In this document: positions 26,987 to 36,537 of the stretch, piece by piece | How the letters are laid out: the number at the start of each line of letters is the position of its first letter | Numbering within the stretch: position 1 is the stretch's first letter | Source of the DNA: an uncultured virus (IMG/VR IMGVR_UViG_3300027804_000002) | Taxonomy: Duplodnaviria > Heunggongvirae > Uroviricota > Caudoviricetes | Length of the DNA stretch: 64,000 nt | Reading direction: 5' to 3' (one strand) | Virus record (IMG/VR): IMGVR_UViG_3300027804_000002 | Program-made: the position numbers and the translations under genes | Notes under the pieces: model-generated | What the model was told of the DNA's origin: nothing | The model's input: only the letters and a program-made list of their open reading frames with translations | The model's database searches: none

Positions 26987-29118
26987 GGACGCTCGTCGCC
27001 GTACTCTGCAGTAATAAGCAGGCGGCCCATTTCAAAGTTACCGTCCAATACGTTGGACTCAAACTTGAGGCGTACTTCGCGGTGCTCTACGCGCAGGTCA
27101 ATCTTACCGGTGTCTGGGTCAAAGTAAAATGGCCCCGAGGTCTCTGTATCTCCGCGGGCAAATTTACGGCCCAATATGGTCATAGCCATTGTGCCGGACT
27201 GTACAAAGTCTGGCTCAATACGTCTTAAGTGCATACGCCGGTTAACGCCAGTGGCGCTGTCTTGTGATGGTATCCCACCAACCCAGCTAATGTCGCAAGT
27301 CGTGATGCTAGATGTAATGGCAAACTCTTGGTTAAACGTAATAGCGTTTGTGCCAAACTCATGCTGCCATAGTGGATATCCACCTTCAATATAATATATG
27401 TAATCGCCGGCTACTTGAATTGGGTCAAAGTTTACATCTACAGTAATTAATGTCACACCCTCTGGGTTTGTTGCTGTAATTGCAGAGGTAAACATAAAAA
27501 CACTTGTTACAATTTTATAAACAACAGGGCTTCCCGTATTTGTCAGCGAGATATAGTCACCCGCGCCAAAAGTAGCCGTCACGTCACCATTAATATATAC
27601 CTGGTTATTATTCGGTGGCGATTCACTGGGTGGCTCGTCAATAACTTCAAACGGTACGCTAAATGTATTAATGTCTTCCCATCCAGCCCAGATTGGTGTT
27701 GGGAACACCTCGGTGGTATATCCACACGATCTACGTGATCCAGGCGCGCTTCCGGCGTCGTACCAGATTTTGTCTTTGACGTTGTATACAATTGCGTCGG
27801 TGCATTCTGTGGCATCGCCGCGGGGATAAAAAAACCAGATCTCATTATACCTAGGTACTTTGGTTGCCCATACCTTTTGGCGCTGTACAAAGTTGAGGTT
27901 ATCAAATAGCCAGTTTACGTTTTTATCATTTGGCAGTACAGAGACCGCACCATTGTATAGGTAGAAACGGTCGACACCCATCCAGTAAAATATACCATCC
28001 ATCTCAACAAAGCACGAGGATGATATGGTAGAGATCTGGCTAGAAATAATATCATAGCGCCAGTAAAGCGGAGTTGTGCCGGTAAACGAAACACGGATCA
28101 AACTATCAGTTGCCCAGAACAATCCAGACGGTGAGTTAGTACCGCCGCGTACTGGTATGCCTTTAACAATCTTAGACGAGGCCATGTTGACCTGGTTAGA
28201 CGTTGGGCCGTTCCAGTCGGTAATTGTTTGCTGGTTGTATAATGTTAGCGTTGTATTGGTGTCGACGTTGTTGTTGGCAATAAAGCCATCCGACCCATAC
28301 ACAAACGTGTAGGGATACAACACGCAAACACCACCATCTACTACTATTGGTCGATAGGTTGGATTCTGACCGCCAGTATCGGCTAATCCGTAAAAGTTCC
28401 ATTCGTTTGATGAGTCTGGCAATAACCCACCAGTTAATACTTGGGTCTGGATGGCGTTGTCAATGTTTGCTAAGTTTTGACCCGGATGCGCCAACACTTG
28501 TAACGATCCACCCGCAGGCGAATACTGTAAGTCAAACTGCCACAACAGATTTGGATCTGGTGTAAATGTAACATCGTACAACGCTACCGTTGTGGGCGTT
28601 CCAGCAATACTGGAGGCCGTTACAGTTACCGTTGTATTTGGTGACGAATATACCGCACTAACTACTGTAGTTGCGGTAGTAATGTCGTCGTCAAATATAA
28701 CCGTCATTGCGGCAGGAAACGCCGCGGTTACGTCGCCAGCAATTACAAAGGTGCTGGTTGTGTTTGATACCAATGTAAAAGGTGCATAGCCAGGTAAAAT
28801 ATTTACAGTAAGCGGACCACTGCCAACGCCAAACGTAGTGCCTGTTGTAAATGCTTCTAAGCCATACTGGTTACCAACAAAAATGTAGTTAACTCCGTTA
28901 AAAGAGTTAGATATCATACCTCTTGGTATGCCGGTAAACGTCGCAAACAGTTCACGGTAGCCACCCATTTTTCTAGGCGTGCCACGTTGAAAACGGCACC
29001 ATTCTCCGTCACTGAACTCACGTGACTCAAATATTGTGCCGTCTCGTTTTATACCTGGCTGAACACCAAGCGTGTAGACCAGATTATACTGTTCTGGTAA
29101 GCTGTTTTCTCCGGCCAT
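26983..29118 (-). CDS. Tail hub / head-closure (P22 gp10-like) protein
   Basis: 711 aa, beta-rich; 'FYWMGVDRFYLYNG', 'YNEIWFFYP', 'LRRIEPDF'; position in the tail module. Confidence 0.65.
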   Translation of the reverse strand: MAGENSLPEQYNLVYTLGVQPGIKRDGTIFESREFSDGEWCRFQRGTPRKMGGYRELFATFTGIPRGMISNSFNGVNYIFVGNQYGLEAFTTGTTFGVGSGPLTVNILPGYAPFTLVSNTTSTFVIAGDVTAAFPAAMTVIFDDDITTATTVVSAVYSSPNTTVTVTASSIAGTPTTVALYDVTFTPDPNLLWQFDLQYSPAGGSLQVLAHPGQNLANIDNAIQTQVLTGGLLPDSSNEWNFYGLADTGGQNPTYRPIVVDGGVCVLYPYTFVYGSDGFIANNNVDTNTTLTLYNQQTITDWNGPTSNQVNMASSKIVKGIPVRGGTNSPSGLFWATDSLIRVSFTGTTPLYWRYDIISSQISTISSSCFVEMDGIFYWMGVDRFYLYNGAVSVLPNDKNVNWLFDNLNFVQRQKVWATKVPRYNEIWFFYPRGDATECTDAIVYNVKDKIWYDAGSAPGSRRSCGYTTEVFPTPIWAGWEDINTFSVPFEVIDEPPSESPPNNNQVYINGDVTATFGAGDYISLTNTGSPVVYKIVTSVFMFTSAITATNPEGVTLITVDVNFDPIQVAGDYIYYIEGGYPLWQHEFGTNAITFNQEFAITSSITTCDISWVGGIPSQDSATGVNRRMHLRRIEPDFVQSGTMAMTILGRKFARGDTETSGPFYFDPDTGKIDLRVEHREVRLKFESNVLDGNFEMGRLLITAEYGDERP

Positions 29119-30380
29119 TAGAACGTCCCGCCACCAATTAACCCTGCGTTAAATGTTGCTGGTGTAGATACCTGTGGACTTAGCGTGTTAGTGTTATCAA
29201 TCTCCAACATGAGCGTAGAGTTTGCCGATAGTCCAAGCACGTTAGTACCAACTAAGTACATACCCGTGTTGGTATCATTTGTAAAGGAGAACGATGGTGC
29301 CGCAGCAGAACCGTTGTCTGCATAGTAGACACCCACGGTTGTTTGGCTAATAATATACAACTGGTTACCATCACTTAACGCCAGTACAACACCGCCGTTA
29401 GCTAACGCAATTGGTGTCTGTAAACTGCCAGAAATTTGGAATGTAACATTATATCCAGATTGTCCCGTATTGTTTACCAACACATACAACTGAGTTGTTG
29501 CTGGTAGGGTGACATCCAAATCAACCGCACGAGTGCCGGCTAATGCAACATAAGTCTGGATAATTGGTGCGTACGATACTAAACTAAATGTGTTACCTAC
29601 AACGGAGTCCACGTCGTACGTTGCCGATGTAAAGGTTACATTTGACGGTACAGATAAACCAACGGTAAAGAAATTACCAGAGGATTCTTGAAAGACAATA
29701 AAGCCAGACTCTGCGGGGTTAACAGTTATATTTGCTAGACTGTCAATTGTTGAAGTGCCTTGTGGCGTGATTGTAATCGCACCAGTTCCGTTATTTCTAA
29801 ACGCAATATACCAGCCGGTAGTTAAACTAGCCGCCGTTGGTAGTGTAAATGTGCCATTACCACCCGTCCAGACAAATGTAGCGGCACGGCTTGCGTCTGT
29901 AATTGATGGTGTTGACGATACCTCTACAACGTTTTGCGTGGTGTTTAGTTTGCCAGATAGGGCAACTAAACCGTTTCCAGCTAACGAAGCGGCATCGGCG
30001 GATGATGTGCCAGCGCCAAAGGTTACATTTTGCCAGACACCAGCAGAAGTAGAGTTATCCGATAGATAAAAATATTTAGACACTCCTGCGGGGATTGACA
30101 CAGATCCTGTGCCAGCAAAGTCTTGTACAGTAAATGCTACGCCACCAAAGTTACGAATTAAGATATCCGCGCCGGTAGTTCCTTGGTTTGCCTCGGGTAA
30201 TGAAATAACCAAGTTAGAAGTAGACGGTGTGCAGTCGATAATACGAGCGGCGGGTACTTGCTGTGGGTTAACAACCGCCGGCCAATATAGTTGTACGTTT
30301 GCGCTAAAGTTAAGCTCGTAGTACGATACGTCGGTTGGCTGTACGACTGTGCCGGTAAACGGTGATGTGTAGATTGGCAT
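29118..30380 (-). CDS. Tail structural / fibre-like protein
   Basis: Thr/Ser/Gly-rich beta repeats; 'GSAAAPSFSFTNDTNTGMY'. Confidence 0.6.
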   Translation of the reverse strand: MPIYTSPFTGTVVQPTDVSYYELNFSANVQLYWPAVVNPQQVPAARIIDCTPSTSNLVISLPEANQGTTGADILIRNFGGVAFTVQDFAGTGSVSIPAGVSKYFYLSDNSTSAGVWQNVTFGAGTSSADAASLAGNGLVALSGKLNTTQNVVEVSSTPSITDASRAATFVWTGGNGTFTLPTAASLTTGWYIAFRNNGTGAITITPQGTSTIDSLANITVNPAESGFIVFQESSGNFFTVGLSVPSNVTFTSATYDVDSVVGNTFSLVSYAPIIQTYVALAGTRAVDLDVTLPATTQLYVLVNNTGQSGYNVTFQISGSLQTPIALANGGVVLALSDGNQLYIISQTTVGVYYADNGSAAAPSFSFTNDTNTGMYLVGTNVLGLSANSTLMLEIDNTNTLSPQVSTPATFNAGLIGGGTF

Positions 30381-30383
30381 ATA

Positions 30384-31004
30384 TTATGGTTCCTGGACCG
30401 TAGTATTTCGATCAATACGACGCGAGTTGTCTTCCTTCTTCAACGCGGCTAATGACTCGGTGTAGTAGCTTTTCCATACGGGCAGCTTATCCAACGCCTT
30501 TAGATAGCCCTGGGCCTGTAGTAAAGTTCCAAACAACATCGCCTGCGGGCACTCGCGCGTGAACAAGTTGGTCTGGTTAGATGTATCTAATGGCTGGATT
30601 AGGCTGTAGTAAATAATTTCTACTGGGTAGTCATCGTCTGGCTTTGGCGCAAAGTTCCAGTTGTTGTAGTCATACTCGCCGTAGTACTTTGGCTGCCCGT
30701 TGCTAGACTCTGATTGGTACTGCGCAATATAATCCTGTGAGCGCAACAATACTGGCGCGCCGTTGACCTTCATAGACACAGTTTTACGCCAGCGTGCTGG
30801 TTTAGCTAGCACGTCCTGGTTAGTTGCCAGTGTGGTTTCTACGACAGTTAATTGCAGTAGCGACTTTAACTCTGCCGCAATCGCTGCCTCAGCCAATCCA
30901 ATTAGGCTGGGGATCTGTGCAACAAACCCGGCGTCGTCACGTTCCATGTAACGCTGGACGTCATCTACCAGATTGTTGTAGGTCATTACGTATGCGCCGC
31001 TCAT
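30384..31004 (-). CDS. Tail adaptor / tubular protein
   Basis: 'IPSLIGLAEA', 'GQPKYY', 'FAPKPD' adaptor pattern. Confidence 0.65.
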   Translation of the reverse strand: MSGAYVMTYNNLVDDVQRYMERDDAGFVAQIPSLIGLAEAAIAAELKSLLQLTVVETTLATNQDVLAKPARWRKTVSMKVNGAPVLLRSQDYIAQYQSESSNGQPKYYGEYDYNNWNFAPKPDDDYPVEIIYYSLIQPLDTSNQTNLFTRECPQAMLFGTLLQAQGYLKALDKLPVWKSYYTESLAALKKEDNSRRIDRNTTVQEP

Positions 31005-32080
31005 CGTGTATAGTAGCTGTAGTTAGGTTGGAAGTAAATAGGCGACTTGTCGCGCTCTTCTTGTGCTGCGTCGTACTCTAATTTAACGGCTTGTTGTTCT
31101 AAATACCCAATACGTTGCAGATCAATCTGTGGTAACTGTATTGCCAGCTTGTGTGATAGGCTGGCTTGGATAGAACCAATCCAACGGTTTGGTAGGTATA
31201 ATTCGTCAGTTAGCGAACCAACGTCTGGCATTTGTGTCTCTATAATTAATTGAAACACTTGGTAGTTATTATTTGGTACGGGCCACAAGTACATGCGTGG
31301 TTCGATCAAACGATCGTACCAATATTGCAATGAGCGTTGGCTTGGGAATTGTTTGTTGGGTAGGTTCCAGTAGTCGTCACGGTTTAGTCGTGCCAATGGA
31401 ATAACCTGCTGACTCTGTGCGAACTGGATGGCACGCAACGAGAATGTTGCTAGTGTGTTTCGGTTTTTTAATCTAAAGTAATAAAACTGTTGGGTGGCGT
31501 TAATGCTAAAGTAGGCCCACTCACGGTCTGCTAGTGTGGTGGATGGGAACGACTCCCACACCGTCCAGTTTGTTCCGTCGTTGCTGACCTCAAAGTCTAG
31601 GGTATAGGTTGCCGTTGTTCCTGGGCAGTACGCATTAAATCCAACGTAAAACAAACGTGTTTGGTTACTGTACGCCGCACCAAAAAAGTTATTACCTAAT
31701 GAACTGGTTGCAAACAAATCAAGTGTGTCGTTTGCGTCTTGGTCAAACAGGTTGACAACGTTTGGGTTTGATGTTGGCAATAAACCGCTGTACGACGGGT
31801 TAGTAATATAAACCCAGTTTGCCTCACGCACGTCAATCGTGCTCTCTGGCAACGAAATCCATTGTGCGTTTGTTGGGGCACCAATGACTTTATTTTCTAA
31901 TAGCCATAGGTTAACGCCACGGTTAGATAGGTTTTGTAGAATGTAGTAGAGTGCTTGTTTGCCTGCATCAATATACTCAGGCGTGATTTCTTCTGCCGTC
32001 TTACCAGCATCACGATATGCGTACGAGATCAACTGATCTACGTTGATCTTGGTCTGGTTGATGGTACCAGAATATGACAT
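31001..32080 (-). CDS. Adaptor-family virion protein with an inserted beta-sandwich domain
   Basis: 'NRGVNLW', 'YWNLPNK', 'YLWPVP'; insert 'EVSNDGTNWT' is discoidin-like. Confidence 0.6.
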   Translation of the reverse strand: MSYSGTINQTKINVDQLISYAYRDAGKTAEEITPEYIDAGKQALYYILQNLSNRGVNLWLLENKVIGAPTNAQWISLPESTIDVREANWVYITNPSYSGLLPTSNPNVVNLFDQDANDTLDLFATSSLGNNFFGAAYSNQTRLFYVGFNAYCPGTTATYTLDFEVSNDGTNWTVWESFPSTTLADREWAYFSINATQQFYYFRLKNRNTLATFSLRAIQFAQSQQVIPLARLNRDDYWNLPNKQFPSQRSLQYWYDRLIEPRMYLWPVPNNNYQVFQLIIETQMPDVGSLTDELYLPNRWIGSIQASLSHKLAIQLPQIDLQRIGYLEQQAVKLEYDAAQEERDKSPIYFQPNYSYYTR

Positions 32081-32083
32081 AGA

Positions 32084-32251
32084 TTAACGTCCTCTGCCGG
32101 ATGCGCGTTTAGTTACTTTTTGTGGAAGGTTTGGTTTTGCTTTGCCGGCTTTGATAAACTCCTTGCCAACCTTCTTTGGGATGCCAAGGGTTGATTTACC
32201 AGCCGCGGCGGCGTACATTGCCTTCTGTTGTTGTTTAGATTCTATCGGCAT
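32084..32251 (-). CDS. Small basic phage protein
   Basis: Start at ATG 32251: [32 protein letters not shown]. Confidence 0.65.
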   Translation of the reverse strand: MPIESKQQQKAMYAAAAGKSTLGIPKKVGKEFIKAGKAKPNLPQKVTKRASGRGR

Positions 32252-32252
32252 A

Positions 32253-33422
32253 TTAAGGCTTGTATCCACGGTTGCGTTGTGATTTGCCAAATCCTGGTCC
32301 AAAAAAATCGGATAAGTTATAACCTTTTGTGCCCCTCAAGAATGAACGTGGTGCCATAGGAGCAGTACGTAATTGATTTTCTTGTGGGTATGCTAAACCA
32401 GAATCTGCATCAACATTGGGGCGTTGTTGAACAGCAGGAGCTGCAGCAGGACGGCGAACAGGAGCTTTAACTGGTGCAGTCGGAGTCATCTTATTAATTG
32501 GCGTATATAAATCGCCATACTCATTACGCTGCATAGTTGATGGTGCGCCAGTTTCGTCACGCAAAGTGCTGTCCATTGGTGCTAGTGCTGGTGCAACAGT
32601 TTGACCTACGTCACGGTTATCCATAGCTGGAACGGCGTTTGGAATGTAGTTTTGCTTTTGTGGGATTGCTCTGCGCATACGAGCCATGATGAATGGGTCG
32701 GTGCGATCAGCACCACCTAAGTATGCTTCTTCTTCAGCAGTCAAAGGGCCAGTAGAACCACCAGTGTTAAACTTCTTAATTTTGCCGCCTTTTTTCTTGG
32801 CAACAGCTTCACGCTCTGCATCAGATACGGAGCCTTGTCCTTTTAGCGCAGACTTAGCAGCACTAATACCTTTAGTGATCATTTTTCCAGCAGCCCGAAC
32901 CGGTTTCATAATCATTTCACGGTCTTGGGTGTTTTCCTCAAGGGCAATATCATCGACCAGCTTTTGTGGATCTTTTACTTGCTGGCCGTTACTATACTTT
33001 TTTACTTTACCACCCTTCTTAAAAAACTTAGGGGTGTTCATTACATCTTTAGTTGCGGCGCTAGGAGCGGCTGCCTTTTTGGGCTTGGTCTGCTTGACTT
33101 TTTTAATGTCATCTTTATCACCGGCGTCTTTCTTCATTTCGATAGCGCCGCCGGCTTTATACTTTTTTACTGTACCAACCTCTTTCTTCATCCGCCCACC
33201 TTTTTTGAGCTTGGATAGGTTAGTTTTTTCTCCCTCGTGGGATTGTTTGTCGTGCATGGCAAATGCCTTCTTGACAACTTTCTTGTCTTGGACAATGTCC
33301 TTTTTCATTTCTTTGGACTCGGAGTGGCCGCCTTTTTTCATTTTGCCGCCGTAGGCCATGGCTTTAACAGAGCCGCCTTCTTTAAAACATTGCATCTTGG
33401 GGAGTGATTTAAAGCCTTCCAT
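32253..33422 (-). CDS. Lys-rich protein with repeated xxxGG motifs
   Basis: FKEGG, MAYGG, MKKGG, LKKGG, YKAGG, FKKGG, KKKGG, FNTGG. Confidence 0.7.
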   Translation of the reverse strand: MEGFKSLPKMQCFKEGGSVKAMAYGGKMKKGGHSESKEMKKDIVQDKKVVKKAFAMHDKQSHEGEKTNLSKLKKGGRMKKEVGTVKKYKAGGAIEMKKDAGDKDDIKKVKQTKPKKAAAPSAATKDVMNTPKFFKKGGKVKKYSNGQQVKDPQKLVDDIALEENTQDREMIMKPVRAAGKMITKGISAAKSALKGQGSVSDAEREAVAKKKGGKIKKFNTGGSTGPLTAEEEAYLGGADRTDPFIMARMRRAIPQKQNYIPNAVPAMDNRDVGQTVAPALAPMDSTLRDETGAPSTMQRNEYGDLYTPINKMTPTAPVKAPVRRPAAAPAVQQRPNVDADSGLAYPQENQLRTAPMAPRSFLRGTKGYNLSDFFGPGFGKSQRNRGYKP

Positions 33423-33474
33423 TTTGTATTTCCTCGAGGTTTATTGTTGAATAGGGTGATCAGCCCTTATATCT

Positions 33475-33504
33475 ACTAATGCAAAAATACAGGGGTTTAC
33501 GCCC
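33475..33504 (-). promoter_or_regulatory. Late-type promoter GGGCG-N15-TTGCATTAGT
   Basis: Exact consensus match. Confidence 0.75.
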
Positions 33505-34030
33505 CTGCTAAGAACAATGTGCGCTCTATTTGACGGCGCTTTTTAAGTACTGGTGGGGTGCTCCAGTTAAGGAACGCATCTCCAGCCTTGTGCACATTAC
33601 CATCGTTTAGGTGTTTGACTACCTCAGAACGCATAATGTTGTTAGGTCCAATGTTGTGGCACAGGCTCATTAGGGCGTCAATCTGGTGCCTTCTAGGAAT
33701 GGTGTTTAAAGCCGATTCCAGGGCCGTAGAGCACTTTTCTAGGTCACGGTGTAGGATACCCATTACCTCGGCTTCAGAAAGCTCTTTGTGAAGCAAATGG
33801 GTGTCTTTTTGGCGAATTAAATGCCCCACCCCAGTCGTCCAGTAACCGCCAGCATCCTGATAAGCGCGGTAGCGCTTTCCTTCAAAGTGTTCTATTAACT
33901 CAACGGTTGAGTCCGCAACCCATTGGAATGGGGTGTGGGCTATAGCCCACTTAGCCAGGGGATCATGGAAGCACATTCCCCAAACAAGCGCGATCGCGCA
34001 GGCGTACACCGCCAACTGATGTCGTAGCAT
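33497..34030 (-). CDS. GH24 lysozyme, SAR-type endolysin
   Basis: Catalytic E-x8-D-x5-T in 'FEGKRYRAYQDAGGYWTTGVGH'; N-terminal hydrophobic segment. Confidence 0.85.
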   Translation of the reverse strand: MLRHQLAVYACAIALVWGMCFHDPLAKWAIAHTPFQWVADSTVELIEHFEGKRYRAYQDAGGYWTTGVGHLIRQKDTHLLHKELSEAEVMGILHRDLEKCSTALESALNTIPRRHQIDALMSLCHNIGPNNIMRSEVVKHLNDGNVHKAGDAFLNWSTPPVLKKRRQIERTLFLAGA

Positions 34031-34049
34031 AACGTCTCCTTAATTTAGA

Positions 34050-34484
34050 CTAATTGTACGGTCTTGTTCCGTTTTTGTCAATAATTAAGGCCTGACGCCT
34101 TGGTTGTTGTTCTTTGGTGTTTGGCACGCTGATATGCGTCCAGGAGCCAAACTCTTCAATGATCTGGTCAAATGGTATTCCTCCATCGATGCAGGCCTGT
34201 ACGACCTGTTTGGGGGTCAATCCGGGGACTCTGATATCGGCGGCACAACCTAGCCTATGCTGGCTAGTGTCCTTGCTGCCAACAGAGTCGTTAACTGGTT
34301 TAGAGCGAAACGCTGAGTTTACAAGGATCGGCTTGTTAAGTAGCGATCTGACTTGTTCTAGTAACTCTGCGGTGCGTACTAGGTTAGCCGTCTCGGTGGC
34401 GTTTGGGGTGTTGTCTAGCCCCTTGCGCTGTGCCACCTCGCTGGCGGTTAGTTCTTCTAGTGTAAAGTTAGGGCTTAGGTTCAT
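34050..34484 (-). CDS. Peptidase M15A endolysin
   Basis: 'LSPNFTLEEL', 'SAFRS', 'SQHRLGCAADI', 'WTHIS'. Confidence 0.88.
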   Translation of the reverse strand: MNLSPNFTLEELTASEVAQRKGLDNTPNATETANLVRTAELLEQVRSLLNKPILVNSAFRSKPVNDSVGSKDTSQHRLGCAADIRVPGLTPKQVVQACIDGGIPFDQIIEEFGSWTHISVPNTKEQQPRRQALIIDKNGTRPYN

Positions 34485-34881
34485 TCTTGCCTTTCTTCAT
34501 TTCCATTATCTTCTCCAGCGAGCGTCCGCCGAAATAGAATGACATAATCAGCATGCCCCACTGGCCCAGGAGCTCAACATAATTGTTGTTGACCTCGATG
34601 TCTGCGGCGCTCATGGCGGCAAATATGGTGTACACGATTAGTATAAAGATCAGCGTCATCGGGCGGATGTTTTTAGACAGCCACGAGTCGCTTGCCATGT
34701 CGGCCTGCTGGCGCTTGGTTAGCTCCTGTGCCTCAATGTTGTCGGCGTTAAGCTCTGCCAGCCGGCCCTCTTGTTGCATCTTGAGGAGCTCTTGTTGCGC
34801 CTTGGCCTTAGCCTCTGGGTCTGGGATAAACTTGTCTAGGATTTTCATCCCGACATCGACGATGGCGGTTAGCGGGAACAT
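34468..34881 (-). CDS. Holin (3TM, GTA-holin type)
   Basis: 'DSWLSKNIRPM', transmembrane segments, 'FYFGGRSLEK'. Confidence 0.8.
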   Translation of the reverse strand: MFPLTAIVDVGMKILDKFIPDPEAKAKAQQELLKMQQEGRLAELNADNIEAQELTKRQQADMASDSWLSKNIRPMTLIFILIVYTIFAAMSAADIEVNNNYVELLGQWGMLIMSFYFGGRSLEKIMEMKKGKNEPKP

Positions 34882-34887
34882 TATTTT

Positions 34888-35331
34888 TTACCCCTTATGA
34901 CCCCACACAAGGTAGTAGGCAACGAGCGCAGCCACGAGAAAGCAGTAGAGCTGTACTCTTTTAATTTCGTGTAGGTCTTTGTTAAACAGCTTTTCATTTT
35001 CTTTTTTCTCCTTTAAGAGACGCGCCTTGATGACCTGTATGTCATCCCACGCCTTGGGGCCGTAGTTTCGTGTTACCTCGGCCTTCATCTTTTGCTCGAG
35101 GCGCTTGACTTCCTCGATGATCTTGAACTCGTCGAATGCCTTTAATATGGTGTGGTCGACGTGGACTTTTTGCGCCCTAATGCGCTCTTGGGCGCGTTGC
35201 TGGGCTAGGTCGGTTGCTTCTTTTTGTACGTTGGCAATACTGGTAGATAACTCCTTGCTGACCCCGCGCGCGGAGTCAAGGGTGCTACCAAGAGATTTTG
35301 CTCCTTCTAAAAAGCCAAATTGGTCTGACAT
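34888..35331 (-). CDS. Hypothetical protein with C-terminal transmembrane segment
   Basis: Coiled-coil-like body with a hydrophobic C-terminus. Confidence 0.55.
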   Translation of the reverse strand: MSDQFGFLEGAKSLGSTLDSARGVSKELSTSIANVQKEATDLAQQRAQERIRAQKVHVDHTILKAFDEFKIIEEVKRLEQKMKAEVTRNYGPKAWDDIQVIKARLLKEKKENEKLFNKDLHEIKRVQLYCFLVAALVAYYLVWGHKG

Positions 35332-35337
35332 TATTCA

Positions 35338-35508
35338 TTAGTGTAATTTTACTAGTAGGGCGATCATGGTCGCCACAATGAATCCCACCGACCCGACGAG
35401 GATCTGCTCGATGCGTTTTAGTCTGGCGTTGATGCCGGCGTAGCGCTCGGCGCAGACCGCCTCGTGGGCGGAGAGCGCGGCTGCGTTTTTATCGATTAGT
35501 TCACTCAT
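35338..35508 (-). CDS. Small membrane protein (XhlA/holin-like, 56 aa)
   Basis: Read directly: MSELIDKNAAALSAHEAVCAERYAGINARLKRIEQILVGSVGFIVATMIALLVKLH. Confidence 0.6.
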   Translation of the reverse strand: MSELIDKNAAALSAHEAVCAERYAGINARLKRIEQILVGSVGFIVATMIALLVKLH

Positions 35509-35765
35509 TTAGGATACTTCGCTTTAACAGCAAGACAGTCAGCAATGTATTTATCAATCTGTGCTTGGTCACCCTTTACTACACCATCAATGTAATCGGT
35601 GATGGGAGGATATTCTGCGGCTCTTTTAGCAATATAAGCATGAGCATCTACATAAGCCTGCACTGCGGCTTTATCGTATGCGACTTCGTTGCCGTCTGCA
35701 TCATAGGCTTTATCATCGCTTGTGCAAACTACTTGCGGATATAGTTTATAAATTGCATCAATCAT
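35505..35765 (-). CDS. Fibre chaperone-like protein, type b
   Basis: Paralog of 37638..37916 and 38900..39157. Confidence 0.6.
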   Translation of the reverse strand: MIDAIYKLYPQVVCTSDDKAYDADGNEVAYDKAAVQAYVDAHAYIAKRAAEYPPITDYIDGVVKGDQAQIDKYIADCLAVKAKYPK

Positions 35766-36319
35766 GCCGCAATCTCCAATAAAGTAATTGTGCTATTTTC
35801 ACCACCATTGTCTGTATTAACTGCAACAGGACCATTACTTGCATCTCTACCCCTTATTTGCATTTTATAAGTTGTTGAAGAAGTTGTTGCTGGCGAATCT
35901 AAATAAGTAAAACCTGTTGTTACTTGAAAATAACCAATAGAACCCGCAGAATACATAATATTAACTTGTGCGGCAATTTCTATTGCTCCACGCAAAAGTC
36001 TAAGCGATGGTGCTTCTTGAGTATTGCCTGATGGTTTTTGAAGTCCAGCAACAGTTACCAAAACAAGAACTTTGCTAGATGAACTTGTGGGTGTAATTGA
36101 AGCGGTTAAATTTGTGACATCGCCCCAATCTGTTGATTGTCGTGTGGTTTTTGTTGAAGTTGATACACTAACAACCTGTAAAACTTTTCCACCGCCCGCA
36201 GGTGCGGCTGAAGTCCAAACTGTTCCGTTAGATGTTAATACATTGCCAGCGGTGCCCGGAGATGGGAATGTACCAACTCCAGTTCCACCAACTCCTGGTT
36301 GTACGATTGTCAAAGCCAT
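35762..36319 (-). CDS. Tail fibre / receptor-binding module, type B
   Basis: 'GKVLQVV...DSPATTSSTTY...LLEIAA'. Confidence 0.65.
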   Translation of the reverse strand: MALTIVQPGVGGTGVGTFPSPGTAGNVLTSNGTVWTSAAPAGGGKVLQVVSVSTSTKTTRQSTDWGDVTNLTASITPTSSSSKVLVLVTVAGLQKPSGNTQEAPSLRLLRGAIEIAAQVNIMYSAGSIGYFQVTTGFTYLDSPATTSSTTYKMQIRGRDASNGPVAVNTDNGGENSTITLLEIAA

Positions 36320-36537
36320 TATGGAAGCTCCTTAATAAAATCGTCTGCCTGTTCTTGTGTCATCACATTCCCATCGGCATCTTGCAGTTCTGCGCCAGCT
36401 AAAACATTAGTTTTAAATGCTTGGTAATCGGTGTTGGCTGGGTCAAAGGGAATGTATGCGTTGTCAGCAATACGCAATATTGCATTTGCATCTACTAGAC
36501 CATTTGGTGTTTTTTGTTGTGGTAATAATTTATACAT
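36319..36537 (-). CDS. Fibre chaperone-like protein, type a
   Basis: 'IPFDPANTDY...FIKELP'; paralog of 39651..39857. Confidence 0.6.
   Translation of the reverse strand: MYKLLPQQKTPNGLVDANAILRIADNAYIPFDPANTDYQAFKTNVLAGAELQDADGNVMTQEQADDFIKELP

Noticed and set aside
32686..33354. 222-aa hydrophobic + strand ORF
   Set aside because: It is the antisense shadow of a Lys-rich gene (AAA/AAG read as Phe/Leu), with no supporting signals.
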